Assembly (NCBI GenBank): GCA_008369845.1
Contig: MRSU01011482.1
Coordinates: forward strand, 1 to 51,060
Source of the DNA: Trichomonas gallinae
Lineage: Eukaryota
DNA: 51,060 nucleotides
Direction of reading: 5' to 3'
In this document: piece by piece, positions 10,665 through 21,265 of the stretch
Position numbering within the stretch: position 1 is the stretch's first letter
How the letters are laid out: each line of letters opens with the position of its first letter
The notes under the pieces: generated by a model
Seen by the model: the letters and a program-made list of their open reading frames with translations, nothing else
What the model was told of the DNA's origin: nothing
Database searches by the model: none
Made by a program: the position numbers and the translations under genes

Positions 10665-13600
10665 TTATATATTGATTCTAGGTTGTGATCTACGCATTTC
10701 GATTTCTTCAAATCGCTTGTGCATCCTTTGGATTTCCCTTGTTCTTCCTTGATCAGCCAATGCCTTCTCTACAATGCTGAGTGCTTCCTTCTTGTCGTTG
10801 ATGTACAGCCAAGTCGTGTACTTAGTGAAATTCTCGTCTATCATCGTGTGAGTCGCTTTGACGACTTTGTGTGTTGTGATGTAGTCGAAAACTTTTGTCG
10901 TATCAAATCCGACGCTCAGAGCAATGTCGAAATGATCAGCATCAATCAATGAATGCATTGTTAGGACTCTTGTTTTTAAGTCAGATATCCTACTTCCAAG
11001 CTCACCTGCAACACTGCTGTTTCCGTTGTTCGTCAGCATCACAATTACATTCGGAACTAAAACTTTTTCGTTGTCGATGTAAAGTGAGTCGAAAGGCGGA
11101 ATCAGTGAAACACATTCGAGAACTTTTTTGAATATTGCTTGCTGTCTACCTTTAAACGGCTTCGCGTGTTTCTCTCTTTTGATAAGGTCTTCGACAGAGC
11201 AAGATATTGCATGGAGAATGGAATCGAAAACGGCAGGATTTGTGATAATTTGTCTGTTGTATATTTGTGGGACTAAGTTCAATAATTCAAGTTTCCTAAC
11301 TTTCCATAATTTGGGGAAAATCTCAATAAGTTTGTGGTCATCGTTGATGCAAACAATCGCACGAGAGAGCAAGGCCCATGGCTCATCTATGTAATCTTTG
11401 AGTTTCTCGTCAATGTTATAGTCGAAAAAGTCATCAACACTAAAATCATATCCGCTCAATTTTCTCGCGTGTGCGCATAAAAGCGCGCGAGTATATAGTT
11501 CGTCAAGCTCAGCAGCATTGCGAACAACGGTAGTTATACCTTCTTCATTCGCTATACCGAACATGCACAAGATGGATCTGCACATTTCACGAGGCTTGTT
11601 TTTGTCGTTGATGTGTTTTGACAGCAAGTCCAATGCATCGCGTGCCGTGAAGCCGCGAAGAAGGAAAAGACATTTTGCAACACTTTCGTTATCTGCATTG
11701 AACAATATTTCGTTGTTGGTCATTCCGTAGATAGCTGTCTCGTCGTTTTCCGGCAGTTGCGGGTACTCTTCGTCGAGCCACTCGTTAAGCAGAGACATTT
11801 TGAGTGTTCGAGGGTCAACTGAAAATCTTCTCGCGATTCTTTCTGTTATTTTATGCAGACTCCTTCCGTGTGACTCATAAAGAGAAGTCTTGCTGTATAT
11901 GTCTTTTATCAATTTGCATGGATCAGACATCAAATCATGCTGCGCGAATTCTGACAATCCGTTTTTATTCAAATCCATTGCTGTTTGTGTCATTAACTGC
12001 TCATCAATCAATCCAATCGCTTGATAGAACAGCGATAGGTCTTCTTTGTTGAGTCTCGGGGCCAGTTCCGTCAGAAGCTCTTTGTGAGTCTTTTCTTCGA
12101 GCATGTAAATTAAATCTCTGTAGTCGTCTATGTATGGAGAAGTCATTTTGTTTATCATAACGTAAACAATCAACTCGTCGTTGCTGATATCCATGAGTTT
12201 CGCGACAGGAAGAAGGCCGTTTAGCGAGTCTACGTTCACATTGCTTTGCAGTGTTTTCAGTGGATTCGAAAGTAATTCGTGGAATTTAATATTATGCTTC
12301 GGGCCGTCGAATAATGCTGATAATATCGATAAACAATGATCCGCATCTGCGCCGAGCTCTTTAAGCATGCTGTAGGTATGTGCTAGCAGTGAATATTGGC
12401 TTCCGTCGAGCTCTAGAATTGCAAGTGATAGATAAGATTTCGCTTTGTCTGAGTCGTCAAATCTCCGGCAGATGCATGAAGCGTAAGAGACTCTGTCTAT
12501 GTCGCCGCTTGTGTAGTCGCTGACAAATTGGTCAACATCGTATGTTTCTGGGTCAGGAATAAGCTGTGAAGCAGCCTTTTCCAAATTATTTTGAATAAAT
12601 TCATCATATATTTCTTGGCAGTTCTTTCCTGTCTTTATCGAGTCTAATATGATATTTTGAACAAGCTTATCTGGATTTTTCTTGTAAATTGTCAATAATC
12701 TTGATAAAATTAATATATTGTCTACGAGGTCGTATTTAATTAACGTGAAAACTTTCTGTAGGCAGCTGTGCCAGATATCAACTAAGTCAATAAGTGGCGT
12801 GAAAACGACAGATTCAATCATGCAATCTTCAGTAAATTGATAAAATATGTTTGAATTTGCGCGATTGATATACTGTAAGATTCTTGGAAGTATTTCTTGT
12901 CCGTGTTGTAAATAATTATGATTATGTGAAATAATATCAATAATTTCGATCGTACTTAACGCTAAAACTTGTGAAATTGTTTCGAGATCATCCCAACCAT
13001 TGCGGGAGATGAGTTTGTAGAAGATTTCTTGACGAGTCCAAAGGTCTGAATATCCATCATAAGAAATAACAATATCATAAGTAGAAGCGAGGTCATAGAT
13101 TGGTCTAATCTCCTTCAAATTCCTGAATTTCTTCAGTTTAGCTGCGTATTCTTCAGGATTATCAGGATTTCCGTCCGCGATTGAAGAAAAATGACTTAAA
13201 GACGCGAATGAGCTCAAAGAGAGATCAATGGAAGGCGACCTCTTGTATATTGTTGAGTGTGCTGACTTTTTGGGAATAATCATCTTTTCTGGAAGCGAAG
13301 AATATAAATTCATGTGTGATTCTGATCTTTGTACTGTGAATTGCGCATTTATGCATTTGGCGTATATATCTGGATCAGGGACGTAGTGAAGATTGTGTTG
13401 TTTCGCGTAGTTGTGGATTTCGTCGAATTCTGATTCTCCTGAAAATTGCATTTTTTCAAGCGCGAGTGTTTTCATTGATGGCGTTTTCACGAACTCTGTA
13501 ATGAGATTAAGCTTGGATTTTACCTCCCACTGGCGCTTGCAAACGCCTGCAACGATTAATTTTTCAATATTTAAGTCATTTATCTCGCAGAATGGAACTA

Positions 13601-14303
13601 TTTGCGTTTTCAGTACCCTGCTGAGTTTTAGTGGCTTATCGCATTGATGAATGATTTTTAAAACGAAGTCTTCTTTATCAATCGATGAATATTCGCTTAA
13701 TTTATAATCAAATTTGTATTCAACAAGTTCACGACATTGTTCGCGTAATTTCATTAATATTTGCCAAGAAGATAAATAGTCAGGGCTCCTAGTCGTGGGA
13801 TTAGGATACATTTTTCTCCACGTGTCTTTATTTTGCCTTACTTGGTATAAAATGTGTGGCTTAGCATTTATGTAGCTCTGAAACGTCGAACTCAAGAATA
13901 AATGCGAATATCTGACATTATCGAGATTTAATGTGAACGTATAAATCCATCTAATCGGGCATCTGGGTATCGCATGAATTACATGACTAATATAGGAGAT
14001 CGCTTGATGCTGTTTTGGGTTGATATTCTCAAAAAATTGAAGAAAAATATATAAAATCTCTGGATGCCTCTCCATTAATGTTAATATTTTTGTCATTGGG
14101 AGCTTTGGTATCAGTGAATTAATTGTTTCAGCAATATTAGAATTTAAAAATTCTTCGCATTGCTGTTTATTAAATTGTTCATAGATGATAGAATATGAAC
14201 CAAACATTCTACTCTTCTCCACATCGTCCCTGAGCTGCTGCGCCATTTCTTCGGCTTCAGTTTCGTCGCCAGTTCGCTGTGAAGAAGAGTTATTTTCGCT
14301 CAT
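10665..14303 (-). CDS. KNTC1: Rough deal (Rod/KNTC1)-like kinetochore protein, alpha-solenoid/Rod_C part
   Basis: 1212 aa. YKLSEYSSIDKEDFVLKII...VLKTQIVPFCEINDLNIEKLI...WEVK, YDIVISYDGY, DSLNGLLPVAKLMDISNDEL and LIKDIY...LHKITERIARRFSVDPRTLKMSLLNEWL parallel KNTC1 segments in the same order. Confidence 0.7.
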   Translation of the reverse strand: MSENNSSSQRTGDETEAEEMAQQLRDDVEKSRMFGSYSIIYEQFNKQQCEEFLNSNIAETINSLIPKLPMTKILTLMERHPEILYIFLQFFENINPKQHQAISYISHVIHAIPRCPIRWIYTFTLNLDNVRYSHLFLSSTFQSYINAKPHILYQVRQNKDTWRKMYPNPTTRSPDYLSSWQILMKLREQCRELVEYKFDYKLSEYSSIDKEDFVLKIIHQCDKPLKLSRVLKTQIVPFCEINDLNIEKLIVAGVCKRQWEVKSKLNLITEFVKTPSMKTLALEKMQFSGESEFDEIHNYAKQHNLHYVPDPDIYAKCINAQFTVQRSESHMNLYSSLPEKMIIPKKSAHSTIYKRSPSIDLSLSSFASLSHFSSIADGNPDNPEEYAAKLKKFRNLKEIRPIYDLASTYDIVISYDGYSDLWTRQEIFYKLISRNGWDDLETISQVLALSTIEIIDIISHNHNYLQHGQEILPRILQYINRANSNIFYQFTEDCMIESVVFTPLIDLVDIWHSCLQKVFTLIKYDLVDNILILSRLLTIYKKNPDKLVQNIILDSIKTGKNCQEIYDEFIQNNLEKAASQLIPDPETYDVDQFVSDYTSGDIDRVSYASCICRRFDDSDKAKSYLSLAILELDGSQYSLLAHTYSMLKELGADADHCLSILSALFDGPKHNIKFHELLSNPLKTLQSNVNVDSLNGLLPVAKLMDISNDELIVYVMINKMTSPYIDDYRDLIYMLEEKTHKELLTELAPRLNKEDLSLFYQAIGLIDEQLMTQTAMDLNKNGLSEFAQHDLMSDPCKLIKDIYSKTSLYESHGRSLHKITERIARRFSVDPRTLKMSLLNEWLDEEYPQLPENDETAIYGMTNNEILFNADNESVAKCLFLLRGFTARDALDLLSKHINDKNKPREMCRSILCMFGIANEEGITTVVRNAAELDELYTRALLCAHARKLSGYDFSVDDFFDYNIDEKLKDYIDEPWALLSRAIVCINDDHKLIEIFPKLWKVRKLELLNLVPQIYNRQIITNPAVFDSILHAISCSVEDLIKREKHAKPFKGRQQAIFKKVLECVSLIPPFDSLYIDNEKVLVPNVIVMLTNNGNSSVAGELGSRISDLKTRVLTMHSLIDADHFDIALSVGFDTTKVFDYITTHKVVKATHTMIDENFTKYTTWLYINDKKEALSIVEKALADQGRTREIQRMHKRFEEIEMRRSQPRINI

Positions 14304-14639
14304 AATGAATAAAAAAAATCAATTTTATTGATTGGGATCATATTCCCCTCAAAGTTATTAAAATTTGATTTTGCCAAAATTTTTGTACAAAATGATCCAT
14401 TATAACCAGCAAATCACAATTTCGCATTTATATAAAAATTCCCAATAAACAGAAGATTTTGGAATTTTGTTTTTTATGCAAAAAGATTACATTATAACCG
14501 CCTGTACATTCTCCTAGCTACATGCTGCTCGTTTCATGGTATAACAGAGGATAACAATATTCGCTCAATGGAGAATTTCACCGAAAATTTTGATCAAAGT
14601 TCTAATAAGGGTCTTGAAATATAAATAAGTGGAAATATA

Positions 14640-14840
14640 CTTTACATGTCAAAAACATATTTACACCCCAATTTTACTTCAAAAAATTTCGAATTTTTCT
14701 TGGTAAACAATTTTACATGTCAAAAAAATTGTAATTACAACTTTTTTGATGAAATAGTTTACATGACTAAAATGAGTTTACACGTCAATTTTCTGTCAAA
14801 AATTATTGAAATTTTCTTAGTAGAGATTTTACATGTCTAA
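14640..14840 (-). repeat. Imperfect ~118-bp tandem duplication carrying TTTACATGTCA motifs in a divergent promoter
   Basis: TTTACATGTCA at 14641 and 14712, with variants at 14758, 14777 and 14828; 14640-14725 aligns with 14758-14842. Confidence 0.8.
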
Positions 14841-15080
14841 AATTCAAAATAAAATAAAAAAAAGGTAAAGTTAATCATGATTGATTTGATTGGAAAATAT
14901 GGATGCTTGGGACTTTTAAACTGTGAATACATCAAATAATACTAATTAATATGTATATGACTTAATAACATCATAGAGACTCGAAAAATCAATTTATTTG
15001 AAAGGAATAAAAAGTGTCAATATAAATTGAGAATAAAGTCAAATAAGGGGTTGAAAAATTATTAATGGGGCGAATTTCAA

Positions 15081-15740
15081 ATGCAAAGTGATTATGATTA
15101 TGATAATGAGGTGAGTGAATACAAACTTGAGTTCAAACCACCAGAACCAGATCCAACGGGCATGGTGAGACTTAGTAATGATATTGTTGAGAAATTAAAA
15201 TCAGGAGATTTCAAGATTGTTAGTACAGATAATGATAAGTACACTATTTTTGACTCTTATGGTAATACTTTGCTTACATTCTCGAAAATTCCATCAAATA
15301 TTAAAGAAATCAACTATGAATTAGAAAGTATTTACAAAAAAACAGATGAAAAAACTTTTTCGTTGACTTATGAAATAACAAACTCATATTCAGTCGGAAA
15401 AATCTGTGGTGTACTTTCCCACGATAAATACAATCAACCAATTGCACATTCTCACAAAAAGAAAATTATTGAAAACCCAAATGTAATTCCTATGCCTCCA
15501 AAAGATACAGAAAACATAGATCTTGCAGTTTCGAATTATACAAACCTTAAAAATCTATACTATACCGCAAAACAAAATTTCGAAAGATTAGTTAACGAAT
15601 TACAAAGTGAAATGATTACTAATTCATTCGATGGACGTGGTACAACACTTTCCCGTTTAAATGCATCAATATTAGAAGAACAAAATAAATTGAAAGAGAT
15701 TGAACGGAGCCTATTGAGATTTAAAGAGTTTTTCAAATGA
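15081..15740 (+). CDS. Hypothetical protein; possible ELL/occludin-like C-terminal coiled coil
   Basis: 219-aa ORF. C-terminal YTNLKNLYYTAKQNFERLVNELQ...EQNKLKEIERSL resembles the Occludin_ELL pattern. The ORF is well supported; the family call is weak. Confidence 0.6.
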   Translation: MQSDYDYDNEVSEYKLEFKPPEPDPTGMVRLSNDIVEKLKSGDFKIVSTDNDKYTIFDSYGNTLLTFSKIPSNIKEINYELESIYKKTDEKTFSLTYEITNSYSVGKICGVLSHDKYNQPIAHSHKKKIIENPNVIPMPPKDTENIDLAVSNYTNLKNLYYTAKQNFERLVNELQSEMITNSFDGRGTTLSRLNASILEEQNKLKEIERSLLRFKEFFK

Positions 15741-16141
15741 ATACACAAAAAATTCCAATTTAGAATATTCAATAGTCAATATTTTGAATATTTAATTCGT
15801 GAAAATTATTATACATCATTTAGAGAAGAAATTATGATTCAACTATTCAATATACAGACAACTAAATTCAAAAACAGTTATAATTTGTTTATTGCAAAAT
15901 AATATATGTAATCTTGATTATTTATGTTATGTTTCTTATGCAATAATGTTAGATTCTTTCATATATTATACATTTCCAAATAAAATCAGCTAGTTTATTC
16001 GTTCATTAAATTATTCATTTTATAGCTTGTTTAACATGCTAAAATTGTTACTAGTATATAGAAATATCAATGAAATGTACTAATATTCAAATTTTACAAA
16101 TAATACAAACATAAATAAGATAAATTCAGCAAGAAATATAA

Positions 16142-17461
16142 TTATAATCTCAATATATGTCCACGAGAGTTAAAGAGGGCTTTGTTGAAATTTGGAGTCT
16201 TTGTTGCTGCAATTGCACCAATTAAAGCTAATTCACCAAAGAATGAAGAAGGCTGACGCTCGAAAGGATGAGGCCTATTTTGAGATGTTTTTCCAATGGA
16301 TGAAATTCCAATTCCAGTAAAACAATTGCTAATTATTCCTGAAACAGCATCTCTCACTTGTGAAGCGAAGCCACGTTTAAACATAGATCTTAGACCTGGA
16401 CTATGGAATGAAAATGGTGTCATATCGTTTGGTTTTCCTGATCTTAAAATATCAAAAGGAGGCTCATAAGCATTCATGATATTATTAAGATATTCCTTCG
16501 AATTATTTATGAAATCTTCCTTTAAGTCGTCAATTTCTAGGATTTGAGCAATACTTAGATCATCAATATAGAAACTGCTTGTTAATGTTAAATTGTTTAT
16601 GATTGAGGCAAATTTTCTGTAGCTATATAACTTATTCGCTAATATTATTTCATAAATAAACGGAATACTTTTGTGAGTCAATGAATAATCGTAATTTATT
16701 GGCTCATTTGCATATTTATCATATTCATTGAAGTATGATGGATATAAATTTGGAAATTTCGACGATCTTGTTTTAATTGCTTGCATATATCTCTCGTTTT
16801 TGGTAAATTTGAATAATGCTATCATTTCCGGAATTCCTACAGAGTAATCTGATAAATAAATCGTATTAGAGAGCTTCCTACTCCGACTTTCTCCTGTTTT
16901 TATATTGAGATATGGCGCAAAATTGTTTCCAAATCTATTGATTTCTGTAAAGCATTCATCTGCACGTGTAAGGAAGAGATCATCATGTGAGAGAGTATAT
17001 GCACCTATTAGTGATCCTATTCCACGTGTCCAGAACTCTCTGCGATTGATCCATTCAAGTTTTGAACATCTAAATTGTGTTTTTAAGTACATATGAGCGC
17101 GATTATATTGATCATTGAGTCCAAGAAGATATAAGACTTCTAGTGATTCCAAAAGTGTTGCTGAAAATCCAAAGTCCTTTGTACATTGGAAATTTAATAA
17201 ATTAATTCCATCGGAGTTCATGCATTTGCTTGCGTAAGTATCAAAAGATTTGGCAACTACCTTTCTAAGATTATCCAAATATTGTTCATTATCATTCATA
17301 ACTGGTGTAACTCCTTTTTTAGTGAAAATCGAGTAGAATTTCGGAACAAAAAACATATTCTCGTTGAATAATAGCTGTATAGAACCGAATGTCGCAATTG
17401 CAACTAAGGCATATGTTATAACTGATTTAATTACTGAACGAGAAAAAGCTTTCTTTCTCAT
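16142..17461 (-). CDS. Glycoside hydrolase family 47 (alpha-1,2-mannosidase)-like type II membrane protein, degenerate active site
   Basis: ATG at 17461 (MRKKAF) followed by an N-terminal TM segment. GFSATLLESLEVLYLLGL, TRGIGSLIGAYTLSHDDLFLTRA, QPSSFFGE and FNSRGH match GH47 motifs. Confidence 0.8.
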   Translation of the reverse strand: MRKKAFSRSVIKSVITYALVAIATFGSIQLLFNENMFFVPKFYSIFTKKGVTPVMNDNEQYLDNLRKVVAKSFDTYASKCMNSDGINLLNFQCTKDFGFSATLLESLEVLYLLGLNDQYNRAHMYLKTQFRCSKLEWINRREFWTRGIGSLIGAYTLSHDDLFLTRADECFTEINRFGNNFAPYLNIKTGESRSRKLSNTIYLSDYSVGIPEMIALFKFTKNERYMQAIKTRSSKFPNLYPSYFNEYDKYANEPINYDYSLTHKSIPFIYEIILANKLYSYRKFASIINNLTLTSSFYIDDLSIAQILEIDDLKEDFINNSKEYLNNIMNAYEPPFDILRSGKPNDMTPFSFHSPGLRSMFKRGFASQVRDAVSGIISNCFTGIGISSIGKTSQNRPHPFERQPSSFFGELALIGAIAATKTPNFNKALFNSRGHILRL

Positions 17462-17681
17462 TTTTGACAAATTACGAAATTTGACGATTTACGTGACAAA
17501 ATACCAAAAGTGTCACTATGATATAATACACAAAAATAATTAAACGAAAAGTCGTAGAATGTACAGGGGAGTTTGCCAAGTATATAAACAGAAGCTGTCT
17601 GTATGCTATATAATTGAACAAGAAAATGCTTTCTTTCTTATTTTTGACAAATTACGAAATTTGACGATTTACATGACAAAA
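17431..17681. repeat. ~70-bp direct repeat (offset 180 bp) duplicating the GH47 gene start and core promoter
   Basis: 17431-17501 matches 17611-17681. The start codon (CAT at 17459-61) reads TAT (ATA on the minus strand) in the second copy. Confidence 0.9.
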
Positions 17682-17757
17682 ATTTCGTAATGTGACAACA
17701 TTTAAGGTTAATAAAAGTGAACCTAAGTTTACGAAAAGTGAATAAAAAATTGACAAA

Positions 17758-20214
17758 ATGGATGATTTAGAGACTGCTATTGATATATATATTGGAAACC
17801 AAAATCCTGAAGCTTTAGAGAGGATAAGTGAGTTTATTACTAACTTTTATGCCTCTGCTGAAGGATATTCTTGGGCCACCGAAAATTATGGAAATTTTCA
17901 AAGGCAAAACTCATATATTTTCGCAATATCAATCATACACGACTGGATTAAAAATCAACCAAACGAAATTGAAGGCACAATTCCTAAAATTTATTCAATC
18001 CTTTTTGAAATTAGTCCAAAAATAGTTCAAACACCTTCTAAAGCATTCGCAATACGATATTCTAAAACATGCATCGCATATATGTGCCTTGTTTTCCAAA
18101 ATATTAAACCCGATATTTTTAATAGCGTTTATGGACTACCTCCTATTTATATATATGCATTAATTGAAGAGATCACACCATATTTTGAACAAAATGATGA
18201 ATACTTTGCATTTTATCAATATTTAAGATCTAATCAACATATTTACACATTAATAGACTACATTGAAAATAAACTACTTGAAAATGACGTAAATTCGATA
18301 CAAGCTTTATCAAATATACTTAAATGGGCTGATGCAACCCCAATTAATCCAAATTGCTATAAATTGATTGCCACAGATATTTCATCAATTGCAGACAAAG
18401 AATCGGCTTTTGTAATACTAAGATCTTTCTTCTCCAGGCTTCAGCAACAAGATTCACTCGAATTTATTGCAGAAACAAATTTAATGCGAACAATACAAGA
18501 AATTTTAAAAACAGATCAACAAACAAGCGTATTTTCAGCCATTGGCGAAGTTGTAAATGAAATTGGACTAAAATTAATAGTTCAAGAAACTGGATTTACA
18601 AATTCAAGACTTATATCAGAACAACCACCCCATATAACATTCATACACGATCCTACTGAAATATTTAATATCTCCAAAGAATTATTTAAGTCACCTTACG
18701 ATGACGTTTCAAAATCAGTATTTAATTTCATTACAATGATGATCAATGCTTTTCCTCATGATGCGCTTTCATCATTGGACATAATATTCGAAAGATTGAG
18801 AATTGACTGCCAAGTAAATACTACTGATACGAATTATACAACTTCACTTCTTAAATTAATATATGAAGCTATTAAAGTTATCGGAGCAGAAAATTTCATT
18901 CAATACTTTAATTCTCTGTTTAACTCAATTCCAAAAGAGGAAGAATATTTCCCATTCACTGCTGCTATTTTTAAAACACTAAATTACCTAAAACTAGAGC
19001 ATTTTTTCCAGATCCCTTCGATTATAGAATTTGTTGATAATTTTAGTCCTATACTTGAACAAGAGCCTCCATTATCTGGTCCACAGATGAACTGTTTACT
19101 ATCATTCGTGACGTTTTTCAAATCTAACGCAGACCAATTTGATGATGCATCAAAACAGCAAGTTGTCGACAGATTAATAGAACAGGTAGGAAATGAACAA
19201 AGTGAAGATGTTTTTGAAATACTGTCAAAACTTTTAGGCGATGTTTTAACATCATCAAACATTAAAAACTGTATAACCATATCAGATGATTTACTATTGG
19301 AATTAACCACAAGTGGAAATGCAAAATTCATAGAAATAGCCTGCAACTACATGTATAACTTTGATGATAAAAATCAATTCAAAGAGTTGTACAGCAGAAC
19401 ACTTGAAGAAATTGCATCAAGTATATCTGATTTTGATCAAGTTGCATTAATATTAAAATTCTTAAAAGACATGAAGTATTGTGAATCCTTTGAACCATTC
19501 GCAGCTGAAGCACTCAGCAAAATCATTCCTGAGGTTCAAAACAACGATTATTATCTGAGCCTAGTTTACCAAGCTGTTCCTGACTGTCTTAAAAATTATC
19601 GCGAAGAAATATTAAGCATAGCAAATCCATGCGGCCCAGAATCATGCGCCAAACTATGTTTCGCTGCGTGCAGATTCTGTTCACCCGATTTTGTTGCAAG
19701 AATTGTTGAAATTTCTTTGCAAAAATTTGCAGAGGAAATTTCCGATATTCCTGATTGGACTGAGAAATCTGAAAAAGTTCGCGTTGCATTAGAATTACAT
19801 AAAGCGCTGTTTAATTTAGCGCGTGTCATTGCTAACATGAATTACGAGATATTAAATGAAGTAATGAATCTTGCATTATCAGTTCATGAAAGGATGAATG
19901 CTCCAACACCATTATATGATGTTCTTTCTTATGTTATGAAGATTCATGGTGATATTGACATCTTTTTCATTAGGATGGCTATGATATTTTCAAGTGCGGA
20001 ATGTTTCACTACACAAAATGAATGGAGAAGGACAATGCATATATGTAACGAATTTCTTGAGTTCAATTTCCATAATAGAAATCAATTGTTCATGAACGCA
20101 TTGCAGTTCGTTGGAAATCATGCCGATGATATGCTTGCCTGTATAAGAAAAGATGAAAAATGCGCAACATTTGAGCAAGTTTGTCAGTTAATTCATAACG
20201 AAAATTATTTATAG
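17758..20214 (+). CDS. HEAT/ARM-repeat protein, possibly karyopherin-beta family (exportin-T-like)
   Basis: 818-aa all-helical ORF; the N-terminus resembles importin-beta N-terminal helices (EGYSWA...YIFAISIIHDWIK). The family call is tentative. Confidence 0.6.
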   Translation: MDDLETAIDIYIGNQNPEALERISEFITNFYASAEGYSWATENYGNFQRQNSYIFAISIIHDWIKNQPNEIEGTIPKIYSILFEISPKIVQTPSKAFAIRYSKTCIAYMCLVFQNIKPDIFNSVYGLPPIYIYALIEEITPYFEQNDEYFAFYQYLRSNQHIYTLIDYIENKLLENDVNSIQALSNILKWADATPINPNCYKLIATDISSIADKESAFVILRSFFSRLQQQDSLEFIAETNLMRTIQEILKTDQQTSVFSAIGEVVNEIGLKLIVQETGFTNSRLISEQPPHITFIHDPTEIFNISKELFKSPYDDVSKSVFNFITMMINAFPHDALSSLDIIFERLRIDCQVNTTDTNYTTSLLKLIYEAIKVIGAENFIQYFNSLFNSIPKEEEYFPFTAAIFKTLNYLKLEHFFQIPSIIEFVDNFSPILEQEPPLSGPQMNCLLSFVTFFKSNADQFDDASKQQVVDRLIEQVGNEQSEDVFEILSKLLGDVLTSSNIKNCITISDDLLLELTTSGNAKFIEIACNYMYNFDDKNQFKELYSRTLEEIASSISDFDQVALILKFLKDMKYCESFEPFAAEALSKIIPEVQNNDYYLSLVYQAVPDCLKNYREEILSIANPCGPESCAKLCFAACRFCSPDFVARIVEISLQKFAEEISDIPDWTEKSEKVRVALELHKALFNLARVIANMNYEILNEVMNLALSVHERMNAPTPLYDVLSYVMKIHGDIDIFFIRMAMIFSSAECFTTQNEWRRTMHICNEFLEFNFHNRNQLFMNALQFVGNHADDMLACIRKDEKCATFEQVCQLIHNENYL

Positions 20215-20668
20215 ATTTTTTATATATTTATGTTGTATATTATTATAAATTTTGAGTGCGTAATATCATATATATTTTATTAAAAAAATAAAATTTTATA
20301 GCAGCATCGATAGAACACAAATATATAGTCGAAATACATCAATTAATTGTATAAAATACATATTATTAAGTTATATTATCCAATATTATATCAGATATTC
20401 ATATATTAACGAAATATTACCACAGACTTAAGAATTAATGAATGTTTATGTCAATATTGTCGAAAGTTGTAGATTTAACCGTTATTAGAACTCAATATTT
20501 GGAAATTCTGAATCATGATCAAAAATATCCAATTTCTGGAAGATAGAATCATTTTTCCATCACTATCATACTTGTAATGGATTGATATGGAAATTTAGCA
20601 ATGATTTTATATTAAACATGATTTTCAATATTTCTTGTGTTATAATGATGTATATAATAAATAATTAA

Positions 20669-21082
20669 TTAACTTAGACTAATCGATGCATCAAAGCATC
20701 CCAGTCTTTGATCTTCTTCAAGAAAAGAAATTCGTAATTTATATCTACCGCTATTAAGATTTTTGGGTATAATAAATTGTGTGCCATATACAAATTCTGC
20801 AAAAGTAGAAGGGCATCTTAGCATTGAAAGCTCGCATAATTTTTGTCGATATCTAATTTCAGGAGTTCTCGATCTAGAAAACTGTACTTCGATAATAGGA
20901 TCAACAATTCTGCTAAAATGTTCAATTGATAATGAAAACTTCAATATATCTCCAGGTGATTTTGGAAATTCGACAACATTTACTGATTTTATAGTGAAAA
21001 TTCCGCTTTTCTGGCAACTTTTAAATTCTAAAGTTTCATTTTCGTGGCACGTTGAAGCCCTCAGCAAAATGAAAACAATCAT
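20669..21082 (-). CDS. ML-domain (MD-2/NPC2-like lipid-binding) secreted protein
   Basis: Short hydrophobic N-terminus; FKSC..., PKSPGD, KLCELSMLRCP, IPKNLNSGRYKLRI and RLGCF match the ML-domain Cys pattern. Confidence 0.75.
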   Translation of the reverse strand: MIVFILLRASTCHENETLEFKSCQKSGIFTIKSVNVVEFPKSPGDILKFSLSIEHFSRIVDPIIEVQFSRSRTPEIRYRQKLCELSMLRCPSTFAEFVYGTQFIIPKNLNSGRYKLRISFLEEDQRLGCFDASISLS

Positions 21083-21265
21083 CTATCAAAAAACCAACAA
21101 AAATTTGATTAAAAGCCATAATCAATAGATTTATTTAACGAAAATATACTCAATCAGCTAAGATTTTTCTCATAATTAATGAATTTTTTCACAAAATATT
21201 TTTCAATAACATTATTTGAATTACTACAAAGTACATATAAACATATTTATAAACAAATAACAAAA

